Source: Octopus sinensis (lineage: Eukaryota). Taken from it: a DNA stretch of 64,000 nt. Shown here piece after piece: positions 24,487-37,204 of the stretch; the stretch's first letter is position 1; each line of letters opens with the position of its first letter. A program made the translations under genes and the position numbers. The stretch is taken from NCBI RefSeq assembly GCF_006345805.1, contig NC_043006.1:50530001-50594000 (forward strand), given 5' to 3'. A model generated the notes under the pieces. The model was given only the letters and a program-made list of their open reading frames with translations, did no database searches and had not been told where the DNA came from.

Positions 24487-25357
24487 TTATATATATACCT
24501 TATGTATATAAATTAATTGTTTCTCATTTCGCAAAATATTTGAAATGGACTTAACACTGAGAATTATCCTAGAGGACTTAACACTGAGAATTATCACCTA
24601 TGATACTGCTAACCAATTTCCTATTTTGGAATGGGGAAATGGATTATAAATATGTGTTTGGAAATTGCAGCAATCGTTTTACATTAACTAAATACACTGC
24701 CGTTAGCAATTAAGTATACTTATATTAACAATTGTAGTAATTACCACTATGTTTGTATAATTGACGGTTGATTTAAAACTAATAAAACACACAAACAACC
24801 TCGCGTTTGCCCCCCCCCCCCCCCCACACACACACACATACACACGCGCATACGGAGATATTCATGTAAATGTATTCAGCAAGGCCTCTCGAATGCACAT
24901 GAACAAATATCTCCATCTTATCGTCCCAAACTGCAACCACTTTCTTTAGTTACATCGCTCCCCTCCACTGTGCAAAGCGCTTACTCATTATCGCATGCCA
25001 GCGTATAAGTTCGTGGTTGATTATCTGTGTATCTTACGTAAGCCTATCCGCTCCTGTAAGCCCATAGAGCTACTCAAGTGGTAGTCGTAGCGGTTGCTCA
25101 ATATATTCCGCAGAGGAATGTATAATTACTGGCAATCAGGTTAATATTTCCGAGCACTGTGCATTGTTGATCGGACTGTGATGAGGCCGGTGACTGCAAT
25201 TCGTAATCCGACATCATATCCCTTGTTTCTAATACTGGTAAAAATCCTGTACCCCATGAAAATATCAATACATGTGCAGTCATGGATAGGACGAAAAAAG
25301 AGCTCATGCATAGGTACATAAACAGAGGGGTTCAGGTAGACTTCACGAAATGACATA

Positions 25358-26161
25358 AGTGGTCTGATCAAGAGGTATCCGGACTGTTGCCATAGTAACG
25401 AAGCTTAGCATAGATTGACTGTAAAATCTGTTGTGCATGTGCACTAAGTTTTAACATTCTATCTTACTTCCTGTTTACAACAGTGCTTCGAATGAAGGTG
25501 TGTAGTGTGTGATCGTCGCATTGACCACGATAGAGAAAGTTGAGCAGAGAAAGTGCATCAAATTTGGCCAAAATCTTGCTGAGGGCCCTACGCCATGTTT
25601 TCAAAAAGTTTTCGTTGTTCTCGAAACAATCAAGGAGTGTCTTTTTAGTCAGCTGAAAACAGTTCTGGCACAAACCTAGTAGACACGTGTCTCATACCCA
25701 AATCTTCAATGGTAATGGACTGAACTGAACCGTAACTAATCTGCACATCCTCTGATAACTCACAGATTTTGTTTTGTTGATTTCTTTTCACAGCTGCACG
25801 CACATCTGCAATGTTATCTCATTTCTGCTGGTAGTGGGTCTCCCAGAAAGGCCATCTTGGAAACGTCTGAACCACTCTTACACTTGTGTGCAACTTATAC
25901 ACTTCTCTCCATACACTTTCTGCAATTTTGCGGAGGCCTCTGAGCAAGTATCACCATGACAACTTTATGTTCAATGTGACGATCACACGCTGCACACCTT
26001 CCTTCCTAGCATTACTGGAATCAGCGGAAGTGAGCGAGAACGTCAAGACTTAGTGCGCATGTACAATATAGTCCAAGGTCAATTTGTGCCTAGCGGCTTT
26101 ACTCGGCGTGCTTTAGCTTTGTTACTATGGCAACAGGCCGGATACCTATGATCAGACCTCG
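25358..26161. mobile_element. Mariner-derived element with two 5' (left) ends in inverted orientation, TA target duplication
   Basis: TIRs ..GGTCTGATCA..GGTATCCGG.CTGTTGCCATAGTAAC at both ends. The + arm encodes IEKVEQRKCIKF. The - arm encodes AKLQKVYGEKC...EWFRRFQDG..SGRPTTS...ISYGSVQSI.IEDLGMRHVSTRFVP. Junction at about 25592. Confidence 0.85.
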
Positions 26162-26299
26162 TACAGTAGAAACACATTTTTAGTTCCGTTTTATTCTTGC
26201 CACTACTTCTGATATCCCTTTTTTCCTCCTCATAATTCCCAGTAATTTGAAACAAGATTTTCTAACTGTTGGCTCCCTGAAAACAGACCCCGCCTTTTT

Positions 26300-27650
26300 A
26301 ATTTTCTGTTCGTGTTTTATAGTTATTTGAATTAGTTCTTCGGTCGTTAGTTACAGTTATAGTGGATATTTTATATTTTTCTTGTTGCTTAAAGTTCGTA
26401 CTTCTTTGTATTTCTGGTTAATATAATCTACGTCAGATTTCTCAACGTATTCTAAATTTAATTATTAAGTATTCCCCCCATCAAGTTTTGCTAATTCAGT
26501 TAACGTCCAGTTGAGAAAATTATAATAACTTCTTAATGGGACAGCTAGAGTATTGATGCCTGTTACCTAATATTTTGTAGGGATATAACTCTACTTTAAG
26601 TATTAATCTAATGCATTCATATAATTCTTTTGTAACCAGTTTTATTTTTATTTTTTTTATAGATATATATGCACATGCGAGTCAGTGTTTAAGTATAATT
26701 CTGTTATCTCGGCTTCTTTATTGACAGCAAAATCACATCATTAGTGAACTTCATTAATTTTTTTCTGATTAGATTCTGTCATTTCTATTTCTTTGTTTGC
26801 GCTAAAATGCCGATATCAGTCTTCTTAATTAATTTTTCCCAGTTCATGGGTGTTGCATTTTAAAAATCGAGTCTCATATCAATTTCTTTAGAAAATCTCT
26901 ATATTTTGTTTGTTGCTGTTTTTAGTTGTTGATAATCTGTAGCGGGCAACTTTAAATCAGTCATATACAAATGTTGTTTGGCAATTTTCCCGTAGTATTT
27001 GTATCTGAGTCTCGTCTAATTTAAAAAGTGATGATTAAAGATGTTATCTTGTGACAGAAAAAGAGAAGAAAAAAGTTACTATCAAACATTCCTTCTCTCA
27101 TGAAGATTTTAAATAATTGTTATATTACATTCTTTTGTCTTTGCTATTCACTTGTGCCGTGCATAATGCACCTGCTCCCTACTGGTACTATTTTAGTCAC
27201 GTCTGAAATTTCCAAGATCCACGTATGAAGAAAAAATCGAAAGAGTTCTTCTGTATATCAACCTACACAATACCCAGGCCTTTCTGACTCCTTTTACAGT
27301 TCGTTGAACAGAAATTCCCGGAGTCATACGAGCCTTGGTCAGCATTCCTTTTGTAATGTCTTCTTATTCTTCTACGATCTTCTGCTATTAAAGACTATTG
27401 TAAGCTGGAGTTTACAGTTGAGGTGTCAGTAGTCCTTTGGGCTTACTATTTCTCAAGTCTTTGAAGTAAAGATTTTTCTTTTCTTTTTTTTTTCGCAGTT
27501 AGCCATTCCATTGATTTCCAATATCTTTTTAAACAGATGTTAGCAACTTATTGACCACCTAAAGCATAAAATTGAGATCTTATATCATGTAGTCTTAAGT
27601 TTGTTTTCGTTTTCTTTTATAAAGTGTGTACTACTATTATTAAGACCTTC
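26300..27650 (-). mobile_element. Decayed R4/Dong-type LINE reverse transcriptase region
   Basis: HTWILE, HLYMTDLKL (YMDD-like), FSKEIDM, GINTLAVP...NWTLTELAKLD; many stops. Confidence 0.72.
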
Positions 27651-27820
27651 CATAGTTGTTTCGGTAATGTGTTAGATTTAGTTTGTAGTAAATATTTTAG
27701 TGTTGATTTCTTCGCTGTTTACACTCTTCGCTGTCCAAAAATTATAATTTGGAATGTATATTGAGTACAACACATACACACACACACATACATACATACA
27801 TACATACATACATACATACA

Positions 27821-27890
<70 letters not shown>

Positions 27891-27898
27891 ATATATAT

Positions 27899-28203
27899 GG
27901 AGGCACATGGCCTAGTGTTAAGAGCAACGGATTCACGATCGAGGGATCGCGAATTCGAATCTCAGACCGGGCGATGTGTGTGTTTATGAGCGAAACACCT
28001 AAGCTCCACGCGGCTCCGGCAGAAGGTAATGGCGAACTTCTGCTGACTCTTTCACCACAACTTTCTCTCACTCTTTCCTCCCGCAATTTGCAGCTCACCT
28101 GCGACGGGCCGACGTCCCGTCCAGGTGGGGAACCTATACGCCAAGGAAACCGGGAAACCGGCTCTATGAGCCAGGCATGAATTGAGAAGGAACAAACAAC
28201 AAC
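27899..28203 (+). mobile_element. Complete family A SINE between microsatellites
   Basis: tRNA-like head (TGGCCTAGTG, GAATTCGAATCTC); body as at 39330-39628. Confidence 0.88.
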
Positions 28204-28210
28204 ACATATA

Positions 28211-28252
<42 letters not shown>

Positions 28253-28557
28253 TATGTGTGTATGTGTGTGTGTGTGTGAATGTACTCAAACACAAGCATA
28301 ATATAACTGGAGTTTACATGCACGAGATCAAATGTAAACAAAGCATTTTTAAGTTTGATAATCTTACCTTTGGGAATGAAATAAGAGGATAAATACCGAA
28401 ATAAGTGTATAGATGTGAGTATAGGGGAAAATGTCATCCCCTAAGATAAGATTAATCTTCTGAGAAATAATCAGCTTACAATATTTTATCAAGTACATGT
28501 AATAGATTTGAAACTGCAACTTTACTCCATGGCTGTTCTGGGTATCGCGGTTTCTTG

Positions 28558-28588
<31 letters not shown>

Positions 28589-28689
28589 TTGTGCATATAC
28601 ATTCGTAGGCTCAAACATCCACACATATTCGCACAATTACATGCACACATACCTACAAGTCATTATGATTGTACATAAAATGTATACAC

Positions 28690-28970
28690 CGTCACAGCGG
28701 TCAACTGATCTGCTGAAGTGAATGTCTCTTCGAAAATAATATAGAAAATAAATAACTACAGACAACTGCTTCGAAACCTCCAACTTCTCTATCGAGGTTA
28801 TAAATGCATATCTGTTCCAATAATAATTGCCACACTTGATTTTGTGAGGAAATGCCTAAATGTCAACCTAGGCAAGTTAGGGTTTTCAAGAAAAAATACA
28901 ACTACTTAATCAGTAAGTGAAACAGTAAAAATATGCAAGATTCTTCTCAAGTTTAAAATACGAATTTGTG
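28690..28970 (+). mobile_element. 3' end (RLE C-terminus) of a different RLE non-LTR retrotransposon
   Basis: YRQLLRNLQLLYRGYKCISVPIIIATLDFVRKCLNVNLGKLGFS...SVSETVKICKILLKF. Confidence 0.65.
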
Positions 28971-29680
28971 TTTGTTATCTAGATTCCAACGATGGAGCTT
29001 TGTCTTTGTAAGAAACCAGCTCCTTTCTCTCAGGAAGATTTCAAATAATTAAAACCAGTACTAGAACATATATACATGTAGAGACACTGATAAACAGAAA
29101 TACATAAATTCAGTCATTTATCATATATGAATAATCTCATGCGCACGTTTCAGTATATGAGAAAAGAATGATAAATAGTTTATTTGAAAGAGAAGGGATT
29201 GATTTTAAAAAGGACAGATAAATAGACTAGAACACATATACATCCATTTACGTGAGCATGCATTGAAATATGTATAATTATATATGAAATATTAAAAGTT
29301 CAGCATATATATGTTAAAAGTATATTATTTATTTGTACACTGTTTACACGGAATTATGCTGTCTCATATTTTATCTCTTAGCAGAATTTCTAATTGCTTC
29401 TGCCATCTCTTCCAGTAACAGGCATACTTCTCATACTCCCAACTACTTTTTTCTACCTCTCTACCACATTCTATCTTGCCTCTCTTTTCTGTATGAACCA
29501 CTTCATCTTTCGTGTTCCGATAGTGCAGTAATCGGATGTAATAGTGTTGCGTACCGTGCAAAAAAACCATCACTCTGCGAGGAAAAAAAAATTAATCAAT
29601 TAAAAAAAGCGAGAGAAAAATATGAAGGGGTAAAAAAGGAGCAAAACGTTGTTTCCCCTTTAAACCATTACATAATATTC

Positions 29681-30448
29681 CTTTCTACAATAAGCACAAG
29701 GCCTGAAATCTTAGAGGAAGGGGATAGTTGATTACATCGACCCCAGTGACTCTACTGGTACTTATTTCAATGAACCCAAACGAATGAAGGAAAAAGCCGA
29801 ATTTCGAATTTGAACTCGGAACGTTAAGACGTGCGAAATATCTATTTCTTTACTACCCATAAGGGGCTAAACATAGAGAGGACAAACAAGGGCAGATAAA
29901 CGGATTAAGTCGATTACATCGACCCCAGTGCGTAACTGGTACTTATTTAATCAACCCCGAAAGGATGAAAGCAAAGTCAACCTCAGTGGAATTTGAACTC
30001 AGAACGTAGCGGCAGACGAAATACCTATTTTTATCTCTTTACTACCTACAAGGAGCTAAACGCAGAGAGGACAAACAAGGGCAGACAAACTGATTAAGTC
30101 GATTATGTCGACCCCAGTGCGTAACTGGTACTTATTTAATCAACCCCGAAAGGATGAAAGCAAAGTCAACCTCAGTGGAATTTGAACTCAGAACGTAGCG
30201 GCAGACGAAATACGTATTTCTTTACTACCCACAAGGGGCTAAACACAGAGAGGACAAACAAGGACAGGCAAACGGATTAAGTAAATTATATCGACCCCAG
30301 TGCGTAACTGGTAATTAATTTATCGACCCCGAAAGGATGAAAGGCAAAGTCGACCTCGGCGGAATTTGAACTCAGAACGTAACGGCAGACGACATATCGC
30401 AAAGCATTTCGCCCGGCGTGCTAACGATTCTGCCAGCTTGCCGCCTTT
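29681..30448 (-). mobile_element. Head-to-tail array of four family D SINE units (about 185-190 bp period), with the head in one unit only
   Basis: Units at about 29681-29835, 29838-30020, 30021-30210 and 30211-30448. Confidence 0.88.
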
Positions 30449-30759
30449 GAACCGATACTATACTGCCATAAGCGAAAGTGTACATATCTTCCGTTTAAGT
30501 GCCGTGACTATTTTAAGAGGTGGTGTATATGAAGATAAACGATAAATGTAGCAGAAATCGAAGTCCTAGTAGATGCTCCTTCCAGTGTTGAAAGGAGCAG
30601 ACAATTTGATTTTAGAGCGAATGAAATATATACCGTTACTTTCTGGCAGTAAATTAACAAGTCCATTGTAGATATGGGGCCAATATAGGTGTTCCATTAA
30701 ATGTTAAATCAGCAGTGTGGAATTCTAATCCAGCGTCAGTAATATTGGTCTCAAAGTTT

Positions 30760-31340
30760 GGTACCAGGACAGCAATGTTGAGGGAGTGGGGCAAGTCTAT
30801 TGCATCGATTCCAACGTCCAACTGCTACTTATTTAATTGGTCGCGAAAAGGATCAAAGGCTATAGCGACATTGGTGGAATCTCAACTCCGAACCTAAAGA
30901 CGGATGAAATGCCGATAAGTATTTTGACCGGCGGCTAACGATTCTTTTCTACTCTAGGCACAAGTCCCGAAAATTTTGAGAAGGGGGAAATTCTATTGCA
31001 TCGACCCCAGTTTGCAACTGGTATTTAATTCATCGACCCCGAAAGGATGAAAGGCAAAGTCGACCTCGGCGATATTTGAACTCAGGAGGGAAAAACAGAT
31101 GAAATACCTATTTCTTTACTACCCACAAGGGGCTAAACATAGAGGGGACAAACAAGGACAGACAAACGGATTAAGTCGATTACATCGACCCCAGTGCGCA
31201 ACTGGTAATTAATTTATCGACCCCGAAAGGATGTAAGGCAAAGTCGACCTCGGCGGAATTTGAACTCAGAACGTAGCAGCAGACGAAATACCGCAAAGCA
31301 TTTTGCCCGGCGTGCTAACGTTTCTGCCAGCTCGTCGCTT
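30760..31340 (-). mobile_element. Three family D SINE units
   Basis: Same core, with two tail variants. Confidence 0.85.
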
Positions 31341-31694
31341 TTCGTGATATTAATATTAAACCATGAAAATTTTCGAGGCGTTACCATAGCAGAAAATTGC
31401 ATATTCAGATTATAATGAAGGGTCACGATATGAAAATGATTGAATGTTTCTTCAATATAGTGACTTGACTCCAATTTCAACACACAAAACATACAATTTT
31501 ATTCAATTTAATATAGGGTCCTGACTCCAATTTCCATTTATAAGATGTACAATTTTTTATTCACTTTAATACAGTGACTTCATTTTCAATTCAATAAATA
31601 AAATATACATTGTTTATTCTCTGCAAAACTATATAGGAAACAAAAATGTTATAACAATGAAATTAGAAGCATGGACAGCCATTTCGAGGATGGC

Positions 31695-31864
31695 AATGAG
31701 TCGATTACATCGACTTCAGTACTCCACTGGTACTTATTTTATCGACCCTGAAAGAATGAAAGGCAAATATGACTTCGGCGGAATTTGAACCCAGAATATA
31801 GAGACGGACGAAATGCCGGTAAGCATTTTGCCTGGTGCGGTAACGATTCTACCAGCTCGCCGCC

Positions 31865-31868
<4 letters not shown>
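31695..31868 (-). mobile_element. Family D SINE
   Basis: Core match; abuts (AAT)n(GAT)n. Confidence 0.85.
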
Positions 31869-31962
<94 letters not shown>

Positions 31963-31963
<1 letters not shown>

Positions 31964-32372
31964 GCTAATAAACCGGATGTTATTATAAAAGATCAGACAA
32001 AAAAGGTGTGTTTATTAATTGACATAAGTATTCCTTGAGATCACCGTATAGCAACAAAAGAATTTGACAAGATCAGTAAATATAAAGACTTGCTAATAGA
32101 AATTGAAAAAAATGTGGCATCTCAAGGCGACTACAGTACCAGTGATTGTAGGATCTCTAGGAATGATAAAAAAAAAGGTACTGAAACCTATTTGATACCA
32201 GGCTTACCATCCCTACATGAAGTGCAAAAAACGACTCATGTACTGAGAAGAGCTTTATCGCTGTGAAAACAACATCCATTCATGAATTTACTTATTTATT
32301 TATTTTAAATACATATTTTACCTGTGAATGAGCTTTTCTGCCCTAGGTGTACGGAAAACACAAAATTTGAAT
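31963..32372 (+). mobile_element. 5'-truncated R4/Dong-type LINE (RLE plus 3'UTR) between trinucleotide tracts
   Basis: ANKPDVIIKDQTKKVCLLIDISIP*DHRIATKEFDKISKYKDLLIEIEK-MWHLKATTVPVIVGSLG...HVLRRALSL*, with a (TAA)n tail. Confidence 0.9.
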
Positions 32373-32602
32373 AATAATAATAATAATAATAATTAATAAA
32401 TCTCCGAATGAGATGTAAACAGTAACCGCTCGACAACGTAAAGTGTACTAGCCATCTGAATGTGGCTAGCCACTGGGGGCGGGTGTTACTGAAGCTTTTT
32501 GGCCCCAGGAGATCGTCGTCTCCAGCTGGCTTTAGACACAATTTCAGTGCCCTTCTGATATTTGCAAAGGGAGGTCATCCCCTCTCGAAAACCTAAGTGA
32601 TA

Positions 32603-32647
32603 CATACGGACTATAGTTTCGAGGTTTTTGCCTCTCGTCAACGTATG
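32603..32647 (-). ncRNA. Minimal type I hammerhead ribozyme motif (C3->U)
   Basis: Minus strand reads CATACG-TTGACGA-GAGG(CAAAAA)CCTC-GAAA-CTATAGTC-CGTATG. Confidence 0.78.
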
Positions 32648-32679
32648 GTAAACATTTTATTTGCTACCATGGCGAAGGA

Positions 32680-33240
32680 TGGGGGGGGGGACAATACAAA
32701 GATAAACATAAAGTATTGGGGGTTTACATTTAATGAAATGATAGAAAAAAGGTCAAGTATACACAGTATGAAATGGACAGGAAGAAACACATACATGGTA
32801 TACAAAGGTTTCTAATAAAACGGATAGAAATGTAGCCCTCCTGATACAGGATGATCTCAAGGGATAATCGAGGATCTCCACTGTCCGAGATTTTCCGGAA
32901 CGCCAAGAGCAAGTACCCTCTCCAATTCCTTCTCTCCGACTCACAGGTTTACACTTAGAGAGGTACCATCTACTCTCGCCATTTTCGCAACTTTCACCCA
33001 CTTTTCAATAAACTGATTGAGGACAGCACTTCCCTCTCCATTCTCAATTTCCTTTTCAAGTGAAGTTAGGGGAAGTCAATGGGAGCTCTACCAAAGAGGA
33101 ATGTGTCTGTCCTCATACCTTTCAACCATGTCCACTAAACAACCTTTTTCGTCACAACCACCAGGCAAAGGAAAACTACCTTGGTGAGTGATTGAAAGAG
33201 GGCGGCGGGGCAATCATAACTACAGACTCGGTCGATAAAC
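32680..33240 (-). mobile_element. 3' end of a Tx1/L1-clade LINE (ORF2 C-terminus plus 3'UTR)
   Basis: VFLCLVVVTKKVV*WT...HLKRKLRMEREVL-FIEKWVKVAKMARVDGTSLSVNL*, then a pyrimidine-rich UTR. Confidence 0.68.
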
Positions 33241-33250
33241 GGATCCGTCA

Positions 33251-33305
<55 letters not shown>

Positions 33306-33319
33306 TGATGATGATATTG

Positions 33320-33780
33320 ATGGAGTACCAGGCTGTAGCTCTCATGGTTTGTGATCTAAAGTGATTGGAAGTGTTATCATGTACATTGTTTTGTCATGGT
33401 ATAAAAGATGAGCTACAGCAAATATTCTGCTCAATACCACAGATTTGCTTGAAAGCTGTTTGATCATAACCAGTTAAGCATGTCCCTTAGTGGCTGACGA
33501 TATGTGCATCTGTGATCACGAGCAGAAGTATTGGGGGAGTATGATAGCCATGTGTTGATAGGGATTCTTTGGGGTCTGAATAATTCACCTTAAACAACCC
33601 TTATTCAGGGATCTTTTGAGTGGGCTCCACCTGCAAGGTCATGTGCTGTTTATCTTGATATGAGATCACTATGTCACGCACATATGGTTATGATGCATGT
33701 GCCTGGTATACTTTTACCGGACGGTTAGTCATGATGGGTATACTTGGCTTTGTATATTTTTACCTCAGTGTCTTTCTCAC
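33320..33780. mobile_element. Family E interspersed repeat between trinucleotide tracts
   Basis: Reverse-complement homolog of 14765-15195. Confidence 0.75.
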
Positions 33781-33793
33781 TCAATAATATCAA

Positions 33794-33860
<67 letters not shown>

Positions 33861-33879
33861 AATAATAATAATAATAATG

Positions 33880-33911
<32 letters not shown>

Positions 33912-34237
33912 TGTATTGTATTGTATTGGCATCCTTTCTGTCTCGGAAGACAATGGAGTTGCGCATGAAGTAGTCTAGTCCGGCTTTTATATTTCATTTC
34001 CAAAATAATAATAATAATAATAATACAACTACTCGTAAATATAATTCCAGAATGTTTAAATCAATAGTTTCTTATAAACGTTCGAAATATATCAATGAAA
34101 CAATACTTGAATGTGTATTTGGAAGGACAATCTTTCTATTACGCAAAAATGTTGGTAACAATGATGCATTTGCCCAGAAAACAAGAGAGACTTCAAGTTA
34201 ACCTTCATAAATGTTAAATATCTCAAAAATGCTTCTG

Positions 34238-35028
34238 TTGGGTTGTCAGATAAAATCGTTCGGTTTCTTTTTTTAAAACTTTAATCCTCATCTAACTACG
34301 TTTTGAACAAAAAGTCTCGCAGGCTTGTTGGAGAGGACCGACCTTTTCATCAACAATTTTAAGAAATCTATATTCTCTTTCAGTGTTCATGAATTCTTGC
34401 CAACGCTCCACCTGCCTTTCATTGCCAGAAATGACGCGGTAAAGAATTTTATTTACGAGTAACCAGGAGTAAACTATAGGTGACAGAGGAGCGTTAGACT
34501 TTGTTTTCTGTTCAGAGTGTGTGGCACCCATGCACCAAGTATTTGGACCCTACCCATAGACTGAAGGTGACAGGAGATGGTATCTTGAGGGTATACCATC
34601 TGCCGGGCCAATTCCCTTGTGGATTGGTATGGAACCTTGTTCAATTGTTTCTCATTGAACTAAACATGTCGGCCTCAACGCGGTAAGTCGCTGAGTTCGA
34701 ATTTCTCCACTTCGAAGCGTGAAAACCATTTCTTTCCGTAATAACAACTTCTTTTTATACAGCACCAATATTTTGAGCAATTTTGTCAGCTTTGGAAAAC
34801 ATGATTGAATGCGAGAAAAATAATAGAAAATCCTCATAATTCTACTTGGCACTCCATCAACATTTGTTCGAAAAGAGACAGTTTATTCAAATTTAAAAAG
34901 CGATTAAACAAACGCTGTAGGATAAGAATAGAATTACAAAAATCAAAGTAAACACTACGATAAGAATATATTTCGTGTTAATTGAAATAGCATTGGAAAG
35001 AAATGAACCAATTTATCAGAGAACTCAA
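34238..35028 (-). mobile_element. Internally deleted, decayed mariner transposon
   Basis: Degenerate TIRs (TTGGGTTGTCAGATAAAATCG / TTGAGTTCTCTGATAAATTGG). MECQVE at 34857, then KWFSRF...LSDLPR, QSTRELARQ...TISCHLQSMGRVQILGAWVPHTL (WVPHEL motif). Confidence 0.85.
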
Positions 35029-37204
35029 TATATTAAATAGAGCCTACAGAGTTCATAACAGCAATTGTTGCGATAAATACATACTGAAATATTCAATGAA
35101 TATCGAAAGCTCTGGAGAATAAAAACATACAAGGGTCATTTTATTCATTTCATTTTCTTTCTTAAACTTACTGAATCTTGCCAATTTTCTGGTTGATTTT
35201 GAAGCAATTGCTTTGCTATTGTTGTTGCTTTGCTTACCGGATGTCGGAAATAGCCAAGTCTTTTTGTTTTGGCTTCGTTCATTTATTGCCAAAACTGAAG
35301 TCAACATTTTGACTGAAAAACATCATTTGTTGCAAACGTCTCACTTTGTATACATTTTTTTTTTACTTTTGTTACATTATTTACACTATAATCTGTTTGA
35401 ATTTAATGGTTGGTTGGAATGGGGGTAGGCAGCAGAAGTTTTAAAATTTAAATGGTAAGGTGAGTAGGAAGTTTATGCCTCAATCTGAACACGGATAGTT
35501 TTCTTTTCAAAAAAAAAAATTTAAGTTTTCGGAAAGGAAAATTGGAACTTTCAAATTGAGTGATGACGCCATAAAAAATACAAAACAAAAGTAACCAACG
35601 ACACACAACAACTTTACATCAATTTCCTTAACTGATGCTGGAAAAAAAAGCTGATAAATCAAATGTTAGGAAGTAATCAGACAATATGCGATTGATTACT
35701 AATATATAACTTTGGTGATATAAGGACAAGAGCGAATGGCACATAGACAGTGACGCAGTAACAGAGAAAGATGGAGAGATTAATGAGAGACAAGAGGGAA
35801 CCATACATTGACATACATCACACAAGACGCTAATGACAATCGGTTGGTTTGAACAACCGAGACTGCTACTCATCTCATGATGGCTAGAGATACTCACATT
35901 CATTCTTTCGAACTACCATCTACACACAACCACATAAGCTGCCCAACTGGGTCATTTATAAGAACACATTCTCTACTTCTTGTTATTTTCCTTGGAGCCA
36001 CGTTATTTAATGACCACATATAGAATCGGGCGATAATCTCATTGTAAAAAGATGCAGACAGGGAGAAACGTTTCTTCCTTTTGCAGAATATATTTACTGG
36101 CAAATCTTCAAACAAACTTTTTTTTTTTGCTGTCATGGACTCACCTAAGTTTATTGCCTGACCTAAGTCTTCAAGGTAATGATGTAGCTATATGCTGCAT
36201 TTGCCACTGTTAAGTTACAACCCACTTAAACTGAAATAGTTTCTACGTTCCCTCATTTTACACCCGCTACACTTTCAATGATGAGCTAGGCTTGACTGTG
36301 AATAATGAGCGAGAAAGAACAATGTTTTATAATCTCAGTTGCAAGGGATCTGATACTCAGTGAGCTCGTTAACAATCTGGTTAAGTTTATACAGTTGAAG
36401 CAGACGATAGATACATTTTACAAGTAGAAGCAGACAATTTACACATTTATACAGTTGAAGCAGACGATAGAAACATTTTACATTTATAGAAAGAGATTTG
36501 GACAAGACACTGCCTGTGATTTAAGAAATAAATTATATGTATATACATACATATATTCGTAAATATGTAGATACATATATGCGTGTGTATGTATAGATAT
36601 ATATGAGAAAATGGTTTCAGAAATTTTTCATGGATAAAAGCAAGAGAATATTTACATGCTTATCCAAATACGCTACTGATTCCAATCACTTTAAAGAAAA
36701 TTAATCATACTGAAATAGAAAGATATTAGATTGAAATAACTTTTATTAATCCTTCGCGATATCAGTCCTGGAAGTTGATGGTTTTCTTACCAAAATCTCA
36801 TGGTGCTTGCGTTTCGTCTCCTGGTTTTTGCTGGATCGTGTTGGTAGCAACAGCAGCCGCTCCACGCACACAGACGTACATCCCCCCCCCCATATATATA
36901 CACACACATGCTCACACTAACAGGTAGGCAGACAGACAGGCAAACAGACAGACAGACGTATATGTGGATGCTTGTCTGTTTCTATGTATATCATTTATGT
37001 ATGGTAAATACAAACTTATTCATTCCACGGAAAATGTAACGATAAGTAATTTATATTTGTTTCCGACATCCTGTGTGACAATGGAAAATGTAGACTCCAT
37101 AAGGGAAAAGGGAAAACCTAAAAGGAATTTTACCTAACATGGCAAACAATAAGATGCTAATCCAATTACCTCTACAACCAAGTATGTACGTATGTATGTA
37201 TGTT

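Noticed and set aside
29838-30448. Regularly spaced repeats superficially like a CRISPR array
   Set aside because: The whole units are homologous SINE copies with no unique spacers, the context is eukaryotic, and there are no cas genes.
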